Shown piece by piece: positions 59,801 through 64,000 of a stretch of 64,000 bases of DNA. Position numbers and translations under genes: made by a program. Under the pieces are notes generated by a model that had not been told where the DNA came from, did no database searches, and saw only the letters and a program-made list of their open reading frames with translations. The DNA is from Vicugna vicugna. Lineage: Eukaryota. The stretch lies in NCBI GenBank assembly GCA_013265495.1, contig MU058781.1:5998118-6062117 (forward strand), read 5' to 3'. Each line of letters opens with the position of its first letter. The stretch's first letter is position 1.

Positions 59801-60756
59801 TTGCTTTCCAGAACTCTGTGTGGGCGTTTAACTTGGGGCTGAGTGTCAACAGGTTGGAAGATCTTCACGCGAAATCTTAGAAGGAAAATCAAAGAAATAT
59901 AGAAATTATACAGTACTCTTCTATAGTGTGCACTCCTACTGTGCCATAAGGTTTTTGTTTCCTTAACGCATTGACAAGACAGCAAAAATATTTGTTGAAT
60001 AATATTTTTTTTGCAATGAAAATGATAATTTCCTAGAGTAACAGGAAAGCAAAATCACATTTTATTTGGAAAAAAGAATATCCAAAGCTACAATTATCTT
60101 ATGATCTGTCACACCCAGAAATTGAGAGGAACAAAACTGAGGTAGGAATAATCAAAGTGAGGTAAGAATAAACTAGTCACGTCCCATTCTGGAGTCCTGA
60201 GGGCAAGAAGGAGAAAATAAATCAGGCAGCGGGATAGAGGAAATGAGGGAGACCCACAATAAACCGAAGCCTCGTGAACTAAAAGCTGCCGTGAGCAGCC
60301 TCTGCAACCTTTTCAAATGCTCTGCTCTTGTGTCTTACCTACCAAGGGGTCACAAGGGAGTAAGCCATCAGACCTCTGTAAATTTTTGCTTAACCATCAA
60401 TGGCGATAAAAAGTGGCATAATGATAAATTCTTTCTGTTCCTATCTCCAGCATCTTTCCTAACAGACTTCTAAAGATGCTCAATTGAGATTGGGTTAAAA
60501 CACAGGTGACTGGGGATCTGCTCTTCCACAGATGACGGGTAGCTGCAGCCCCTACACATGGCTGTCTGGAATTTGTAAGAATGGATGTTCTAGGAACAGG
60601 TCTTCAAAATTGAGGTATTCATTCTCTCAGGGGTAATAATGATCTGGGGAGATAAAAGTACCCGAAGGCACAGGATAAACTTCATGGTGCTCGCCTTGTC
60701 AATTTTACTCAAAGGTTTGGTAGATAGACTATTTTAATTTTAGTACAAACATGGAG

Positions 60757-60758
<2 letters not shown>

Positions 60759-60818
<60 letters not shown>
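60759..60818. repeat. Compound (GT)17(GA)13 microsatellite
   Basis: Directly visible; explains ORF 60751-60942. Confidence 0.97.
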
Positions 60819-61739
60819 TACAAATTTTGCAGCAATTTTAAAGATAAAACGAGACACAAAGAATTTTCACACTTGCCTGTGCTTCTTTCAAGCTCTGACC
60901 CCACAGCCTAAGATGTATTCCTTCACTCTCCTTTGCCACTAGGGGATAATTCAGTAGAACTATTTTAAAACCATGTCCCTAAAGAATATACTCTTCTTTC
61001 CCCATCAGACTGACACTCTGTTGTACCTTCCCAATATTAGTAAGTGGAAAGTTGTTGCTGAGCTGTTCTCATTTTTGAGAGCAGCAAGATGAAGGTGAAT
61101 TTTCCAAAATGTATGGGGGAGGGGAAGGGGAGGAGAATGAGAAATAATGGAGGGAAATGTGCCTCTGAGAGGTGAGAACAGAAACTGACCCCCTCCTATC
61201 ATTAGGGGTATACAATTACCTCTGCTTCTTTGGGAAGAACTTTTGAAGTAAGGGCTGGAATTTTCTAATTCTAGGGAATTAAATTAGCTCCTCAAGTTGA
61301 AAACTTTATAGAAATCATGACAGTGAGTAAAAGATGGAAGGGGGTGTGGGGAGACTTTTATTCCCCTGGCTTATCTGTTCTTTGTTTTGGTTCCTAACTG
61401 GGTCATTGTATTGGCAGGGGGCCTTCAACTTCAAACTGTGCCTTTTCACTGTTTCCAGTCATTTTCATTGAAGGGGAAACCTTTTTCTTTAATGAAGGCT
61501 CTCAACAACCTGTTATCTGGAAGAAATCTTAGTGAGAAGTGGGTCATCCTTAGAAAGAATCTGAAGGAGGGGTGGGTGGGAGGAGGGAAGGACTTCTTGA
61601 AAGGAGGTCAAATCACGCTGGTAAAACTTGAGGTGTTTTTGGAGATGAGCTGTCTCTAAGACTCCTGCTTTGCTCCCTAACTCCATTATCATCATGCTAG
61701 TTCCAGCCACTATCACAGGGAGACCTGCAACGTCACCAT

Positions 61740-62010
61740 TTTTTTTCATCCATTTGTACCAAAAATATTTATCGATCACCTATACCTGTTGGCATGCCTG
61801 CTGGAGATTAAAAAAAAATGAATGGATTCTTTTTTTTTCCAGAAAGTTCACTGTCTAGAGGATAACCAACACATAAAAAGATAGGCATAAGATGACAAAA
61901 GAGTAGTGAGAGATGCAAACTCAGGTTACTACGGAAGCTCCAGAAATGGTCACTGAACTGAGCTGGTAATGATCGTGGTATTTGAGATGGCGGCTTCCAG
62001 GAAGAGATGA
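61740..62010 (-). mobile_element. L2 fragment
   Basis: 'ttcatccatttgtaccaaaaatatttatcgatcaccta..ggcttccaggaagagatga'. Confidence 0.55.
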
Positions 62011-62019
62011 TGGGTAAGA

Positions 62020-62225
62020 ATGACCTGGCTCCGTCTACTTCTTCAACTCATCTAATTCCTCTCTCTCCCGCTCACTATACTCTAAGCCACAATGGCTTCT
62101 CTTTTGTGTGTGTCTGTGTTCTTCTAATATGCTCTTTCTTGGTTCAGAGCCTTTACTCTTGCTGCCCCCTTTGCCAGGAGTACTGCTGCTCTTGGCTTGG
62201 CTGATTCCTTCTCACTCTTTATTCA
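62020..62225 (+). mobile_element. L2 fragment
   Basis: 'atgacctggctcc..ctcactatactctaagccacaatggcttct..gcctttactcttgctg'. Confidence 0.6.
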
Positions 62226-63639
62226 CAGGGACTACGCCTTAGACTTCTGATTTCTGACATCATTCATGTACTTAATAAAATTAACTATGCATCTGAAAGC
62301 CCAGGATCAGAAGTATAACCTTCTCCGTCTGCCGGCCTTCAGCTGTGCTTCTGACAGTGGCAGATCCTGGACGTGCAAAATTGCATAAGACATCTTTTTT
62401 CCTGAGACACACACAGCCTTATGGGGGGGAAACAGGTAACTGCAGGCCCAGAAATAGGGAGCTATTTCCTTTAAATCAGGGTTTAGGAAGTATGCGTCCC
62501 AGTTGCAAAAAGGGTCCATCAGGCCATGTATCCATTTGTCACTCTTGACAGTCTCTCCTATAATCCACTGGGCAGAGAACTGTTCTGAATTCTAGCTAAT
62601 GACTCCATGCCCATTGCCAGAGTGTGTAAAAGTTTTCAAAGGAAACTAAATTTTCAGTTAAGCTTGAGGAAAAGTATGTTACCACCACCTGTTGTATCTC
62701 TTGGTTTATGATCAGGAAGATAAACCCATTGGTTCACTTGGGTCTTATTGAAGCCACAGGAAACAAGCTGTTGGCTACTCATTAAGCTGGCTGCGCAGAG
62801 ATGATGGCCTGAGGACCATTTTGCTGAATTATCAGAGGCAACTTGTGCTCTGAAAGCAGCCGAATTGGCCATGATTGCATGTTCCCTTTTTCTCTATCTC
62901 AGCCTGGCTTTCCAATGTGGTTATCACCACTGGTTTGGACATACTGTGCTTTCTGAAGAGAAAAGGAAGAAACCTGGTGATGAGATGACCTGGGGGAGTC
63001 TGGCAGGAAGATGAGGTGGTCCAGTTTCCTCAACATAGTCATCTTATACTGATATTAAATGTCACTGTGGTCAGAACGGTCATCTAACACTTCTACAAAA
63101 TGAGTCTATGTAGATAACCCCTCTCTGCTGGGCAATCACAGTGAATTGTGGGACAAAAAGGACGCACACATACCTGAACAGAATGCATTTACTTACTGTT
63201 ATTTGCAAGAGTGAAAAACAGGAGGAATGTGGGTAAGCAAATTCCACCCTCATTTCTTTAAACGTTTCTATGTCCTCTACTGGGCCTTTGACAAACAGAA
63301 AATATCTCTATCCTTTCATACTTTTCTCTCTTTGTCTTACTCAGCCCACTCCCTGGTACACTTGAAGGGATGGCCATGGGGAAGAGGGAGAAATTCACTG
63401 TCTTGGATAATTCCTAAGATGAATATTTAGAGCTAAAATTGTCAGCTAGTTGTCTTGGCTTTTCTTCTTTCGTGTCTTCCTTTCGTCACCCCCAATTCAC
63501 CCATCTCATGTGTGCCCTGCTCGTTATTGCTTGCTGCCAACCCGAGTCTGAGGTCTTCCAGCCTTTAGCCTCCTGTCTTTTAATACACACATGTAACAGG
63601 AACAATTAGTGCTCACTAAATACTCCCTGCACTGTCCTG

Positions 63640-63925
63640 TATTCCCAACCTCCCTTGAGTTAGATTGGAGCCTCATGACTGGTTCTGACCAACGGATTGG
63701 GAACGAAAGTGATAGGTGAAACTTCTGGGCTCAGGCTGTTAACAGCTCAATGTCTCTTCTATCCCTCTCTCCCACTGGACAACACACATTCCAGATGACA
63801 GAGCTTCAAGAGGAAATTATATCACATTTTATATAAGAAAGAAACAAGCCTTTATTGTACTCAATCTCTGAGAGACAGGAATTTGTCTGTTGCTGCAGTT
63901 AGCTTTAATTATTCTAATAAACGCC
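63640..63925 (+). mobile_element. MLT1I/J-type LTR
   Basis: 'catgactggttctgaccaa..aagtgat..acttctgggc..aagaaacaagcctttattgt..tgttgctgcag'. Confidence 0.7.
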
Positions 63926-64000
63926 ATAACTGAAAGCAATATTTTCAGCTCTTATGTGTTTTAAAACTTATTTTAAAATACTGTTTTTTGGAAGCACATT

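Overview
Mammalian non-coding genomic DNA, most likely from a camelid: three tRNA-derived SINEs resemble the camelid Vic-1 family and young L1 3' ends are of artiodactyl type. I found no convincing protein-coding gene, RNA gene, CRISPR array or prokaryotic system. The listed ORFs are chance ORFs or derive from L1/L2/MLT repeats. Much of the window is interspersed repeat (L1, L2, L3/CR1, MIR, MLT1/MLT2/LTR33, MER5/33/58/91). The clearest functional-looking element is a promoter at about 6.9-7.25 kb with inverted CCAAT and GC boxes, next to a probable minus-strand first exon (donor at 6798/6797) of a gene I cannot name. Most L1 copies lie on the + strand, which suggests the window is intronic to a long minus-strand gene. 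Other points of note are a perfect 49-bp triplication inside an old MER33, two candidate L1 3' transductions, a PBX-HOX/MEIS-type enhancer candidate and several candidate splice elements. Repeat family names are recalled from consensus sequences and repeat boundaries are approximate; no search was run. I do not see evidence for a wholly new biological system.
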